Assembly: GCA_951406725.2 (NCBI GenBank)
Contig: OX597830.1
Span: forward strand, 30,256,001-30,320,000
From: Octopus vulgaris
Lineage: Eukaryota
DNA: 64,000 bases
Direction of reading: 5' to 3'
How positions within the stretch are numbered: the first letter of the stretch is position 1; every line of letters begins with the position of its first letter. A model generated the notes under the pieces. It saw only the letters and a list, made by a program, of their open reading frames with translations, was not told the DNA's origin and ran no database searches. The translations under genes and the position numbers were made by a program. Below are positions 1 to 13,094 of this stretch, one piece after another.

Positions 1-990
1 GATTTTATGCTGAAATCGATTCCGGTGAAGATCAAATGAAGTCAGAACGCAATGTTTTTTTTTCCTTTTTAAACAATTTTTAAGACTGTAGAGAAATGTC
101 TTCTAATGTTTTTTTTCCTGCCGTTTCCATCTAAAATAGTTTAAACTTCTAAGTTTTTATTTTTCGTCATTTTGGCATTCGGGATTCTGTGTTTTTGATT
201 TCGTTCTCTTTTCTAAATTTCCGGTATTCTAATATTTTCATGATTTGGAATTGGGCCTTCACGTACTTAGAGTCACTATCGACACTTTACCGCATTTGCT
301 ACTTGAGGAAGTGTTTAAATGTCTTCTACTGACCAGCGCCTTTTCGATAGATGTTCTTCAGCAGAAACGGTATTGAAAACTGTATGTATGTATATATAAT
401 ATGTATCGTCATCGTCATTGTCGTCATCGCCGTTGTCGTTGTCCAAGTCATCGACGGCGGCGGTGGCGGCTTTATCTCGTATCCGTGAATTTAATTTCTT
501 CATTGCTGAAATCTTCCTTTATGATGATGGCGTTGATGAGTAAGTAGACCAATTCTTGCATAGAAGAGTCAATGGCACTGACTGCATGGTAATAATGGTG
601 GAAGATAACCCTTTCTCTCCTGTCGTTTGGTTTTTATGCCTTTTCTTCTCTGCTGGCTTTGAAGTTTTTTGGTTCCGATAGTAAAGGAACACCGCTAGTT
701 GACACAGTCTCGAGCTTGCGTCTTAAAGCTGACTATGAAACTCCGACTTCGATGGTCAGAACATGTAGCAAAAAGGGAAGAATCAAGTCACGCCAAGTCT
801 TATTCAGCGAGTTCAAATTACCGAAAAAAAAGAAAAAACGGGGTTACGCTCTTCGAAGTTACAAGAACCAACACAAAACAACATAATATGTATAATATGT
901 ATGTATATATTTATATTATAATTAAATTAAAATAAATTTTGAAATACGACATTAGATAAATTAGCTGAAGCTTTCGTTATTAAAAAAAAA

Positions 991-1314
991 GGCGTTCTTT
1001 CGTTTTAACTCAACAAAACCATAACAGGACCTCGGTTGTTTCCGTGACAACTCGATAATTCACTTCGGATATCTTCGTGACATCCGAAAATTTACGGATT
1101 TTACATACACACATGAAGCAGGTAAGTACAAATATGCAAGGCGTTTTGCTGGCATAATTTCGTTAAATCTATATTCAACAACACATAAATACATAGAAAC
1201 AGAACAAACACACTGTCATAGAGGTCACGAAGATGTCCGAAGTGAGTTGCCGAGTTGACACGGAAACAACCGAGGTCTTGTTATAGTTTTGTCGAGTTAA
1301 AACGAAGGAACTCC
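991..1314. mobile_element. MITE with ~94-bp terminal inverted repeats (Mutator-like)
   Basis: 991-1084 (GGCGTTCTTTCGTTTTAACTCAACAAAACCATAACAGGACCTCGGTTGTTTCCGTG...) is the imperfect reverse complement of 1221-1314 (...CACGGAAACAACCGAGGTCTTGTTATAGTTTTGTCGAGTTAAAACGAAGGAACTCC). GG..CC termini, A-rich flanks, non-coding interior. Superfamily is inferred. Confidence 0.75.
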
Positions 1315-1993
1315 AAAAGAAAGATCATAATTGTAATATTAAATATATTATTATCTTTTTTATTTTACGATGCATTGTTTGAATCCGAAAGTGGTAGAAC
1401 AAAAAAATTAGGAACGTCTGTCTGACAGGGAAAGTGACATGTGGCAGTTTAGTAGAATCGAATCCGTTTTCTCGTCAAATCTAATGACGATTTCTTTTCC
1501 AGTAGATTCTTCAAAACTAAAAAACTTGCCTGCTAGGTCAATGAGTTCATCAAACTTATTCATTTCGACATGGGCCACTCTTCAGACTGGGTCATTTCAT
1601 TTCTAAATAGCAGTTCAAAGATGAAAGCAAAACACATGGTCTATATATGTGATGGCATAGCAACAACCACCCCGCATCAACCCTACCCCCATATCTTTAC
1701 TCAGCTTCTGGCTTCTATCGACTAAATATATAAATAAATAGATTAAATATACGTAAAGAAAGAACGAAATGAAATAGACTAAGTACAAAAACAAGAAATT
1801 TAATTAACAAAATAAATATAAACCTACAGTAATTATATACAAGGGTATGTGTGTATGTGTATACATATATAAATGCTGAAATATATGTGTGCGTGTAGAG
1901 ATGTTTATATGTATGTATATGAGTACTAATTAGTATGTACGTACATGTGGGGATATATATATATATATATATACATATATGTGTGTGTATGTA

Positions 1994-2112
<119 letters not shown>

Positions 2113-2258
2113 ATGTGTATGTGTCCTTATATATATATGTATATATATATATATATATGTGCATACTGTATATGGATATCTGTATACATACGCACTCATA
2201 CACACACACATAAATAATATGGGTGGTTAATTTTACAACCTAAAGACAGTCACGTCTA

Positions 2259-2313
<55 letters not shown>

Positions 2314-2666
2314 GAGAGAGAGGTGCGAGTCTATGTGTGCGCGCGCGTTCGTGTTATTGTGCGTGTGTATATAAACATCAACACGTGTTCCTGAAAAAAT
2401 ATTTATATGTACAGACACACATTTCGTTGGTTCAAACATGACATGTTCCAATTCTTTTCGTTTTCTTTTTTTATTCAAACAAGAGAGTTTCTTTAGTTAA
2501 ATGTTGCACAGATTCAATGTATCAAGTCACGTCCATCAGGTTTTCTTTCTTTTTTTTTCTTGTCTTCAACACCTCCGTACAAAGAACCAAGACACACTAC
2601 TACTACTACTACTACTACTGATAATAATAATATTAACAACAACAACAACAACAATAATAATAATAA

Positions 2667-2872
2667 TCCTTTCTACTAAAAGGCACAAGGCTTGAAATTT
2701 GTGGGGAAAGGAACAGTCGATTACATCGACCTCAGTACTTTACTGGTACTTAATTTATCGACCCCGAAACGATGAAAAGCAAAGTCGAACACGACGGAAT
2801 TTGAACTCAGAACGTGAAGATGGGACGAAGTGCCGCTAAACATTTCGCCCGGCGTCTTAACGGTCCTGCCAG
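2667..2872 (-). mobile_element. SINE family B (tRNA-like head, Deu/Nin-like central domain), CCTTGTGCC tail type
   Basis: Minus strand has B box GAGTTCAAATTC followed by GACTTTGCTTTTCATCGTTTCGGGGTCGATAAATTAAGTACCAG; multiple copies in the window. Confidence 0.85.
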
Positions 2873-2896
2873 GTCAATGATGATGATGATGATAAT

Positions 2897-2930
<34 letters not shown>

Positions 2931-3161
2931 GGGCAGCGAGCTGGTAGAATCGTTAGCACGCCGGGCGAAGTGCTTAGCAGTATTTCGTCTGCTGTTACGT
3001 TCCGAGTTCAAATTCCGCCGTGGTCGACTTTGCCTTTCACGTTTTCGGAGTTGATTAAATAAGTACCTATTACGCACTGAGGTCGATGTAATCGACTTAA
3101 TCCCTTTTGTCTCTCCTTGTTTGTCCCCTCTATGTTTAGCCCCCTGCGGGCAATAAAGAAA
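2931..3161 (+). mobile_element. SINE family B, full length, AAAGAAAT tail type
   Basis: GGCAGCGAGCTGGTAGAATCGTTAGC (A box) ... GAGTTCAAATTCCGCC (B box) ... GTCGACTTTGCCTTTCA...; ends GGGCAATAAAGAAAT then (TAA)n. Confidence 0.88.
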
Positions 3162-3164
3162 TTA

Positions 3165-3320
<156 letters not shown>

Positions 3321-3344
3321 TTTCTGCATAATTAGGAGCCAACA

Positions 3345-3533
3345 AAGTTGTCTCTACGTGATCGTTTGATGTGTTGGAATTTCCCCTCATCTTAGAAAAG
3401 ACTAGACTGCGTTAAATAATGTACTTCTAGATACCTCCCTCAGCAGCCATGACAGACATAGATGTAATGTTTTTGATCACATGTCTGTTTGATCAGAGTT
3501 GGCCTAGGGCTGAATAATAACAGCAACAACAAC
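3345..3533 (+). mobile_element. Old degenerate interspersed repeat 3' part (related copy at ~29395-29660, minus strand)
   Basis: TTTTGATCACATGTCTGTTTGAT...GGGCT+(CAA)n resembles the reverse complement of TAGCCCC...ATCGAGCAGACCTGTGATCAAAAG at ~29415-29460. Confidence 0.4.
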
Positions 3534-3982
3534 GATTACTACTTTGAAGAACTGAACAAACGAGGAAGAAGTCATGTGATTAGACGTTTATTTTTTTTTA
3601 AATAGTTACGAGCACTGTTAGTCCTAAGTTCGGAATTTACTAAATATACTGAGTGACGTAAAACAGACAGTTTTCTACGAGTCTTCCTAGAGTCGTAGTA
3701 CCGCCATATTTGCTGACATACATGTCCGCATGTATCCACATTTTCACACACACACATACACACATACACATGCATACATACACACACACACTCGCATACC
3801 TACATACACATATATACGCAAACACATTCACTAGCGCTACATTAAATGCACAGATGTAAACACTATGTAAAATTTCGAGTTTAGTGCATGTAGCTTTGCA
3901 ATTAGGAAACGCAGCGTCCCTCCAATGCTACATGAAGTTTGCAGACCAACTACTACTGATACTACTACTAATAATAATAACA

Positions 3983-4016
<34 letters not shown>

Positions 4017-4050
4017 TGATAAAAATAATAACAACAACAACAACAACAAC

Positions 4051-4112
<62 letters not shown>

Positions 4113-4114
<2 letters not shown>

Positions 4115-4588
4115 TCTTGGTATAAAAGATAGGCTACAGCAAATACTCTGCTCAATACCACAGATTTGCTTGTCAGTTGTTTGACCTTAACCAGTTGAGC
4201 ATGTCCCTTAGTGGCTGACGATATGTGCATCTCTGATCACGAGCAGAAGTAGTGGGGGAGCATCATAGCCATGTGTTGAGAGGGATTCTTTGGGGTTTGA
4301 ATAATTCACCTCTGGAAACATGGGTGGTTCTTTCAACATCCTTAAACAACCCTTATTCAGGGACCTTTTGAGCGGGATGGGCTACTCAACCTGAAGAAAA
4401 TTCTAACTGGGTCCCACCTGCAAGGTCATGTGCTGTTTATCTTGATATGAGATCACCATGTCGCGCACATATGGTTGTGATGCATGTGCCTGGTGTACCC
4501 TTATCAGACGGGTAGTCATGATGGGTATATTGTGCTTCGTATGTTTTACACCAGTGTCACTTTGATGGCATGAACTGCTCTCTCACTC
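4113..4588 (+). mobile_element. (TAA)n-embedded non-coding element, 5'-truncated copy
   Basis: Closely similar to the reverse complement of 7932-8400; flanked on both sides by (TAA)n; ends CTCTCTCACTC(AAT)n. Confidence 0.88.
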
Positions 4589-4668
<80 letters not shown>

Positions 4669-4705
4669 TAATAATAATAATAATAAAAATAATAATAATA
4701 ATAAC

Positions 4706-4780
<75 letters not shown>
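4589..4780. repeat. (TAA)n microsatellite
   Basis: Direct reading. Confidence 0.97.
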
Positions 4781-4782
<2 letters not shown>

Positions 4783-4902
4783 TGAACGAACTATTGAGTT
4801 TGGTTTAATGGCCTACCAATGTATACTATGAGTTTCTTTGCCCTAGGAGTCGGGAAGACACTCGGCAAGAAATGGAAGCAAATTTGAAAAAAGTAATAAT
4901 AA

Positions 4903-4965
<63 letters not shown>

Positions 4966-5493
4966 GTAGTCCTACTATCAGTACTGCTGCTGCTTCGGCC
5001 ACAATAACGCATGGATAAAATTTTGCCGGAATTGAATGAAAAAAAAGCTGTGATAGAAAAGAAGACGACTACATGAGATGATAAAGAAGAATATTGAAAG
5101 AAATGAAGAACAATTAGAGACAGAGAGATGATGAATGAAAAGATTAAAACTACGCAGCGAAGATTAAAAAGATAAACTGCATCTGTTAGATATTATAGTC
5201 TTTGTCTATGCTATTTGGTTGGCATTCAGATTAGATTGACTTAATCACAGAAATTGCTGTAATAACAGGGTCAACATTTGTCTAAGATTTACTCAAATAG
5301 CTGAACGTTACGCTTAGTATAAGAGTCTACAATTTGTATTGTTTATTCCTCTCCAATCCCCCTTCTCTTCGCCTATTTCTCTCCTTCTCTCCCCCTCATT
5401 TTCTTTCTCTCTCTCTCTAGTTAGAAAGAGTTAACAGATGAGATCGAGAGTATATCAATATAGATAACGTATAGATAACATATCAATATAGAT

Positions 5494-5947
5494 AACGTAT
5501 AGTGAATGCAATTGTCTTCCCAATAGCAACATATGGATGCGAGACCTGGACACTAAAGAAAGCTGACCAGAAGAGAATTAATGCATTCGAGCTTTGGTGT
5601 TGGAGAAGACTTTTACGGATTCCATGGACAGCGAGGCTCACCAATGGAGAAGTTCTTAAGCAGATCAGGCCGAAAATGTCGCTAGAAGCTAGGATTACCA
5701 AGCATAGATTGACATATTTCGGTCATATTATGCGGAGAAAATCCCTGGAGAAGGACATCATGTTCGGAATGATCAGTGGCAAGAGAGGAAGAGACTGACC
5801 AAGAACCCGCTGGCTTGACACCATCAAAAGTGATACCGGAATGGACATAGCCAATCTGAAAGAAGCGGCCCAGGATAGAACTGACTGGAGGACACTGATC
5901 CAACGATTGACCAAGAGTCGACTTCGACTGAGCGGATAGGTAGATAG
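5494..5947 (+). mobile_element. RTE-clade (BovB-like) LINE 3' fragment, C-terminus of the RT ORF, frameshifted
   Basis: IVFPIATYGCETWTLKKADQKRINAFELWCWRRLLRIPWT...YFGHIMRR..LEKDIMFGMISGKRGR / PRTRWLDTIK...QDRTDWR..IQRLTKSRLRLSG* (stop 5937-5939), the typical RTE C-terminus, followed by a short GATAG-type tail. Confidence 0.93.
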
Positions 5948-6116
5948 TAGTGCTCAGAAGATAACTCATAGTAGCGCTCCAAAATCTTTACCAAGGACCA
6001 AGTCAGCGGGGTAAAAAATTGACTATGAGGGAAATCCAGGTGAGCAGATATGGAGACAGTGACGCAAACAGACAGATAAGACTCTTTGGGTTTGATATAA
6101 ACAATATATATACATG

Positions 6117-6528
6117 TTCTTTATTCTTTACTCTTTTAATTGTTTCAGTCATCTTGACCGCGGCCATGCTGGAGCACCGCCTTTAGTCGAACAAATCGAC
6201 CCCAGGACTTATTTTTTTGTAAGCCTAGTAATTATTCTATCGGTCTTTTATGCCGAACCGCTAAGTTACGGGGACGTAAACACACCACCATCGGTTGTCA
6301 AGTTATGTTAGGGAGGACAAACACAGAAACACAAACATATACACACACATACATATACATATATACATATATACGACAGGCTTCTTTCAGTTTACGTCTA
6401 CCAAATCCACTCACAAGGTTTTGGTCATTCCGAGGCTATAGTAGAAGACAGTTGCCCAAGGGGCCACGCAGTGGGACTGAACACAGACCATGTGGTTCGT
6501 AAGCAAGCTTCTTACCACACAGACACTC

Positions 6529-6531
<3 letters not shown>
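6117..6531 (-). mobile_element. SINE family A (tRNA-like head, internal microsatellite)
   Basis: Reverse complement of the 35036-35450 copy, near full length. Confidence 0.9.
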
Positions 6532-6569
<38 letters not shown>

Positions 6570-7115
6570 CATACATACATACACATATATATATAAATAT
6601 ATATATAATACATATATATGTATATATATATGTATATATATATATATATATATATGCTTATATCCTACACATATGTATATGAACGTGTGTTTACGTCAGT
6701 ATGTATTATGGCATCCATTAAAATTTCCCAGATAAATGCAAATGAAGTATATTTATATAATAGTTTTCCTCTTGTATTTCTAACGATTCCTATTTCTAGC
6801 AATTCTTCCATTTACCATTAAAACATTGATTTCTCTATTTGCATTTTATGATTTCTTGCCACCCATTTTCGTTTTCTTTTTATTTTTCCATTATCCTTTT
6901 AATTAACCACTGGAAATAAATTGCTCCATAAATATTATGATGACTGACTTCTAAATCTAATCACAGAATTGTACAATGTGTCCACCTATAATATCTGCAC
7001 TTTTACCCAACTTTGCTTTTCTTACTCTTCCTAATTCATCTCTGTTTCTCTCACTACTTATAATTACATACATAAATTTATATGTATATATATATTCTAT
7101 CTTCCGTCTTTCATT

Positions 7116-7154
<39 letters not shown>

Positions 7155-7155
<1 letters not shown>

Positions 7156-7214
7156 TTGTTCCACATCCTCGCGTTGTTGTGTTTTCTCTTTGTGTTTTCG
7201 TGCTAGGATTAACT
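7155..7214 (+). mobile_element. Penelope-type terminal repeat 3' fragment (type 2) within (TA)n
   Basis: TTGTTCCACATCCTCGCGTTGTTGTG...GGATTAAC matches 51632-51682; (TA)n on both sides. Confidence 0.6.
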
Positions 7215-7284
<70 letters not shown>

Positions 7285-7519
7285 ATTTATGTACATACAT
7301 GTTTGTCTATATTTGCGTTTCTGTGTATTGTGTTGTGTTGTGTGTGTATGTGAGCGCGCGCACGCTTATCTACATGACATCATGATGCAAGCTTGAAAAT
7401 TTAATTAACAACAGGAGCAAAATAACACGATACGATTTCGCATCAGCCATTTCTTCTTATACCTGTATATGACTGTTTTTCTTATAAATATTCCTGACAA
7501 ATGTACATGCGTACGCTGA

Positions 7520-7712
7520 AGACAGCGCGTTGGAATAAATCCTTACCACGCATGGCAAAATGTCTAGCAGTATTTTGTCTCTTCAGAGTTCAAGTTCCAT
7601 CTGGACTAAATTTGCCTTACATCCTTTCGTGCTAGTTGACAACTAGAATCGATCTAATCGACTTGGCCCTCCCCTGAAATCGATGACCTTGTGCCAAAAT
7701 GTGAAACCAATA
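7520..7712 (+). mobile_element. SINE family B, degenerate
   Basis: GAGTTCAAG...TTTGCCTTACATCCTTTCG...TCGATCTAATCGAC...CCTTGTGCCAAAATGTGAAACC. Confidence 0.65.
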
Positions 7713-7762
7713 TGTATGCGTACGGACATATATACTTATATATATATATATATATATATATA

Positions 7763-7822
<60 letters not shown>

Positions 7823-7823
7823 T

Positions 7824-7911
<88 letters not shown>

Positions 7912-7931
7912 CATTATTATTATTATTATTA

Positions 7932-8688
<757 letters not shown>

Positions 8689-8720
8689 ATTATTATCATC
8701 ATCATCATCATTATTATTAA

Positions 8721-8832
<112 letters not shown>

Positions 8833-8881
8833 ATTATTATTATTATTATCATTATTATTATTATTACTATTGTTACTATTA

Positions 8882-9090
8882 AGGCTGCGAGCTGGCAGAT
8901 TTGTTAGCACGCCGGGTAAAATCCTTAGTGGCATTTCATCCGCCTTGATGTCATGAGTTCAAATTCATCCGAAATCCACTTTGCTTTTCATCTTTTCGGG
9001 GTCAATGAAATAATTACCACTTACGCACTGGGATTGATGTAATCGATGAGCCCCCTCTCCTAAAATTTCAGGCCTTGTGCCTATAGACGA

Positions 9091-9093
<3 letters not shown>
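8882..9093 (+). mobile_element. SINE family B, CCTTGTGCC tail type
   Basis: GGCTGCGAGCTGGCAGATTTGTTAGC...GAGTTCAAATTC...CTTTGCTTTTCATCTTTTCGGGGTC...GGCCTTGTGCCTATAG; flanked by (TTA)n. Confidence 0.85.
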
Positions 9094-9150
<57 letters not shown>

Positions 9151-9598
9151 ACATATATATATATATATACACCCATTAAAACGCCTTTTACTTTAGAAGG
9201 TCAATGTTTCAGGAAAAATTTATTATATCAATGTAGGGCAACTGCAGGGGATCGTACGTATTATTGCATAGGTTCTTCTGCTATAATTCAGAATTCTGAA
9301 TTCCACAACCATTCTTCTTCATTTAAGTTTAGGAGGAAATGTAATCCAACAAGTCTTAATAAATTCTTAATTTCGTAGACAAGAACATTAACTACGATAC
9401 AGAGTGGTCCATTATCAGTTACGCTCCCTCGTGCAATATTGCTAAATTTAAATGTGGTCTTAACCTAGAGTAAATATATTATAGAATTACATCAAAATTA
9501 GAATTATTAAATTGTAGAACTAGTCTTATATTGAAATGCACCCATAAATATAAAAAAACCTTTGAATATTTCAGTAGTAAATTACAGCTTCATTAAAA

Positions 9599-10469
9599 CT
9601 AGCAGGAAAATCCTGAAAGCGAAAACTGTGTTACGTCTATATCAAAAGATAGTCTCTCATCTGCTATTCATTGAAAATTGAAGGAAATTGGAATACGATG
9701 ATTACTTAATGCAATTTATATATATATATTACTTTATTTATATATATTTATTTATTGATTTATTTTATATTATTTAAGCACAATTTTATAGACTTAGTAA
9801 ACAACACTCATGAAATAAAATTTCCCTCTTATTTTTCCATTTTCCCATAAACAGAAAAAAATTACATTTTAAAATTGACATGCTCACAATTTCATATCTA
9901 GAAAGCGAAACTTTTATGGAAAATGAATTATTTTATATGTAAAATACAGGGGTCACATTTTCACGGGGGTAAAATTTTAATGCAAAATGGCATACTCTGA
10001 AAACCACAGCATTGGTAACTTATTAGCCAAGGTGATGGGTCAGCTCCAATACACATTTCAATTTCTAGGTGACATCAAATACTTAGCTCAATTATTTAAA
10101 AAATTACTTTTCACTATGCACTCACCATTGCTACCTCCACCATCACACCTTCATCTCTTTCTCTGTCTCCCCCTTCTCTCTTTCCTTGCCTTTCTTTAAT
10201 CTCATCATCAGAACATCACCCCTCTGCTGAAATTATATTCCTAACTCTGTTCTAATCACTACCTCCAACTAACTTTTTAACCACGTAATAAATATTACGT
10301 ACCCCCTATCACATGACATGGACGCTTCCCTCTCCTTTCTCTCTATTACCACATCTTCGCCTTATCCTGTTTTTCACCCTCCCACTTTTCGTCCTCCCTC
10401 TTTTTCTCTAATCACGTGAAAGCTTTACCGACGAGCTAAGTAACGTAATTTACAAGCAGAATTATAAGA
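9599..10469 (-). mobile_element. Probable non-autonomous Helitron-like element
   Basis: Minus strand reads A|TCTTATAATT ... CTGCTAG|T (TC..CTAG termini between A and T). Small hairpin CAGGA-AAA-TCCTG at 9603-9615. Internal inverted pair TACTTAGCTC (~10080) / GAGCTAAGTA (~10433). Single copy here, so boundaries are unverified. Confidence 0.45.
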
Positions 10470-10844
10470 TTGCTTCTCCTATAATCTAATAAGCATAATT
10501 TTTCTAAATATTAAAGCATACATAAATAACTAGATAATTAAACCTTATGACACTGGATTTCTATGTCTATTTTTCTCCTTCTTTCGTTATCTACTGACGT
10601 CATGATATGTTTAAATATTAAACTGGATTTTCTTAGAATATTTTATTTTTAATAAACGTTCTTCTTCCACGTGTTTATGTATTTTAGATATTAATTTCAG
10701 TTCATTTCCAATGATTTGATTTACCTTGATATCTTTATGTTACCATAAATGTTCGGACATATTAATTTGACTGGTATTCTGTACGGCTTTCTATATCTCA
10801 CTATGTTGGCTGTGTATGTGTGTGTGTATGCATGTATTTATTGT

Positions 10845-10975
10845 CCAAAATTACAGACGAAGATAGGTGACGGAACAAGAATAAAAAAGTCTTTGACGTT
10901 TCGAGGCCTTCGCTCTTCAGCAGAAAGGATTGAGAGGGAAAAATGGAGAATGAACGAAAAAGACGGAGACACATG
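10845..10975 (-). mobile_element. Penelope-type terminal repeat (type 1) with minimal hammerhead motif
   Basis: Minus strand CTGAAGAG-CGAAGGC-CTC-GAAACGTC at ~10894-10920; homologous to 30030-30200 and 53721-53990. Confidence 0.6.
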
Positions 10976-11033
10976 TACATATATACATGCATACACATAT
11001 ATATATACATATATATGTATATATAGATGTGTG

Positions 11034-11069
<36 letters not shown>

Positions 11070-11555
11070 AACATAAATATATGTACATATACACATGTGT
11101 ATATATACATCTCTATATTTACATATATGTACACAAATACAATAATATATATATACACATATATATATATACACACACATGTATATATGTGTATGTATGT
11201 GAGTAGTGCGTGTATGTGTGTGTATGTGTGTGCATCATTCAGTATTTGACGTTATTAGAAATCAACGTTGACATGGCAACAGGTTGCAGATGCCTGCATT
11301 TACAGATTAAGCGACGTTTTAAAATTGTTCGTTAGAAAGAGAGAGAGGGAGATAGATAGCAAGAGAGAGGGGGAAACAGAAAATAGATAGGTAGAGGGAG
11401 AGATTGGTGGTGCTAGGAAGAGAGGAGAGAGAGCAGTGCAGGAGGGAAGGGAAGATACGCACAGTCACTAATTAACGAACGGATGTTGTCCAAGTCAGGC
11501 GTTCACAAGTTTTATTTCAGTAACACATTGATTTTCGTTTTCACCCCTCTAACTG

Positions 11556-11603
11556 CACCAACACCAACACCAACACCAACACCAACACCAACACCAACAC
11601 CAT
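11556..11603. repeat. (ACACCA)n hexanucleotide repeat
   Basis: Direct reading. Confidence 0.95.
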
Positions 11604-11939
11604 CACCTCCCCCACTTCAAACCTCCACCATCTTCTTTCTCTTATTTTTCTCTTTCTTTCATGTGCTGTCATTTTGTCTTCTTTCCTAACCCTCGCAGCC
11701 CTACCCACGCACAAACACATACACATATACTCAATTACATACTCATATACACAATTACGCAAATACAAGCAAATACATACCACATATACGTGTAAGTAAA
11801 TATATATAATTTTTGTTTATATGAATATATAGACAATTCATGTGTGTATGTATGCATATACGTACACCTACACGTGTATGTATATGTGTTTGTGAGTATG
11901 TATGTATGTATGAAATGAATGTATGTATATCTATCTATC

Positions 11940-11992
<53 letters not shown>

Positions 11993-12057
11993 AGAGAGAC
12001 AGACAGACAGAGAGCAGTGTGCAATTTTATATACACACACACGCACACACATATAAA

Positions 12058-12307
12058 GGAGTACTCGATCGGTTACGACGACGAGGGTCCCAGCTTATAC
12101 GATCAACGGAACAGCTTGCTCGTGAAGTTAACGTGCAAGTGGCTGAGCACTCAACAGGCACATGCACCATTAACGTAGTTCTCATGCAGATTCAGCGAGA
12201 CACGAAGTGGGACAAGGCCGGCCCTCTGAAATATAGGTACTACTCATTTTCGCCAGCTGAATGGGCTGGAGCAAGGTGAAATAAAGCGTCTTGCCCAAGG
12301 ACACAAT
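12058..12307 (-). mobile_element. SINE family C, short-body type, 5'-truncated
   Basis: Reverse complement matches 47310-47549 (CCTTGGGCAAGACGCTTTATTTC...CAGCTGGCGAAAATGAGT...CCCTCGTCGTCGTAACCGA). Confidence 0.85.
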
Positions 12308-12444
12308 GATATCTTGAAACTTCACTTATTTTATACATCTCTGAGATTCTCAATTCACATTTTCTTTTCCGCTACATATTTCTTATTTAGCATTTTTCAT
12401 TCTATTTTTTTCCTTCCTCTTTCTAACATTGCTAAATTTCATAT

Positions 12445-12828
12445 GTGGAGGCGCAATGGCCCAGTGGTTAGGGCAGCGGACTCGCGGTCATAGGATCACG
12501 GTTTCGATTCCCAGACCGGGCGTTGTGAGTGTTTATTGAGCGAAAACACCTAAAGCTCCACGAGGCTCCGGCAGGGGATGGTGGTGATCCTTGGTGTACT
12601 CTTTCACCACAACTTTCTCTCACTCTTATTTCCTGTTTCTGTTGTACCTGTATTTCAAAGGGCCGGCCTTGTCACTCTCTATGTCACGCTGAATATCCCC
12701 GAGAACTACGTTAAGGGTACACGTGTCTGTGGAGTGCTCGGACACTTACACGTTAATTTCACGAGCAGGCTGTTCCGTTGATTCGGATCAACCGGAACCC
12801 TTGTCGTCGTAACCGACGGAGTGCTTCC
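12445..12828 (+). mobile_element. SINE family C, long-body type, full length with TSD
   Basis: tRNA-like head GGAGGCGCAATGGCCCAGTGGTTAGG...GGTTTCGATTCCC; 11-bp target-site duplication AAATTTCATAT at 12434-12444 and 12829-12839. Confidence 0.93.
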
Positions 12829-13094
12829 AAATTTCATATTTGGTTCTTTCCTTCTTATTACCGATTCCTTAATTTCGAACTTTTAAAATTTCTTCTTTCT
12901 CTTTCTTTTTTTTTTTTGTTACTTATTCATTTGAATCTGTTTATATCAATTATTTACACTATTTCATTCATATTCATTCATCCTTTCCCCCAATCCTAGA
13001 ATCCCTTGAATTCATTCAATGACATTCCTCGTTTTCATTCTTGATATTCTTTCTTTTTCCACTCCTTTTTATTTCTTTCATCGTCTATTTTCCA

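Noticed and set aside
315-640. Acidic ORF 315-503 and an overlapping open frame (...SMQELVYLLINAIIIKEDFSNEEIKFTDTR*) on the minus strand
   Set aside because: Partly (GAC/GAT)n low complexity; no recognisable domain or strong splice acceptor.
4214-4250. CTGACGA hammerhead core within the TAA element
   Set aside because: No properly placed GAAA or stem II.
12447-12520. tRNA gene
   Set aside because: The tRNA-like sequence is a SINE head continuing into a repeat body with a TSD; same for the other A/B-box hits.
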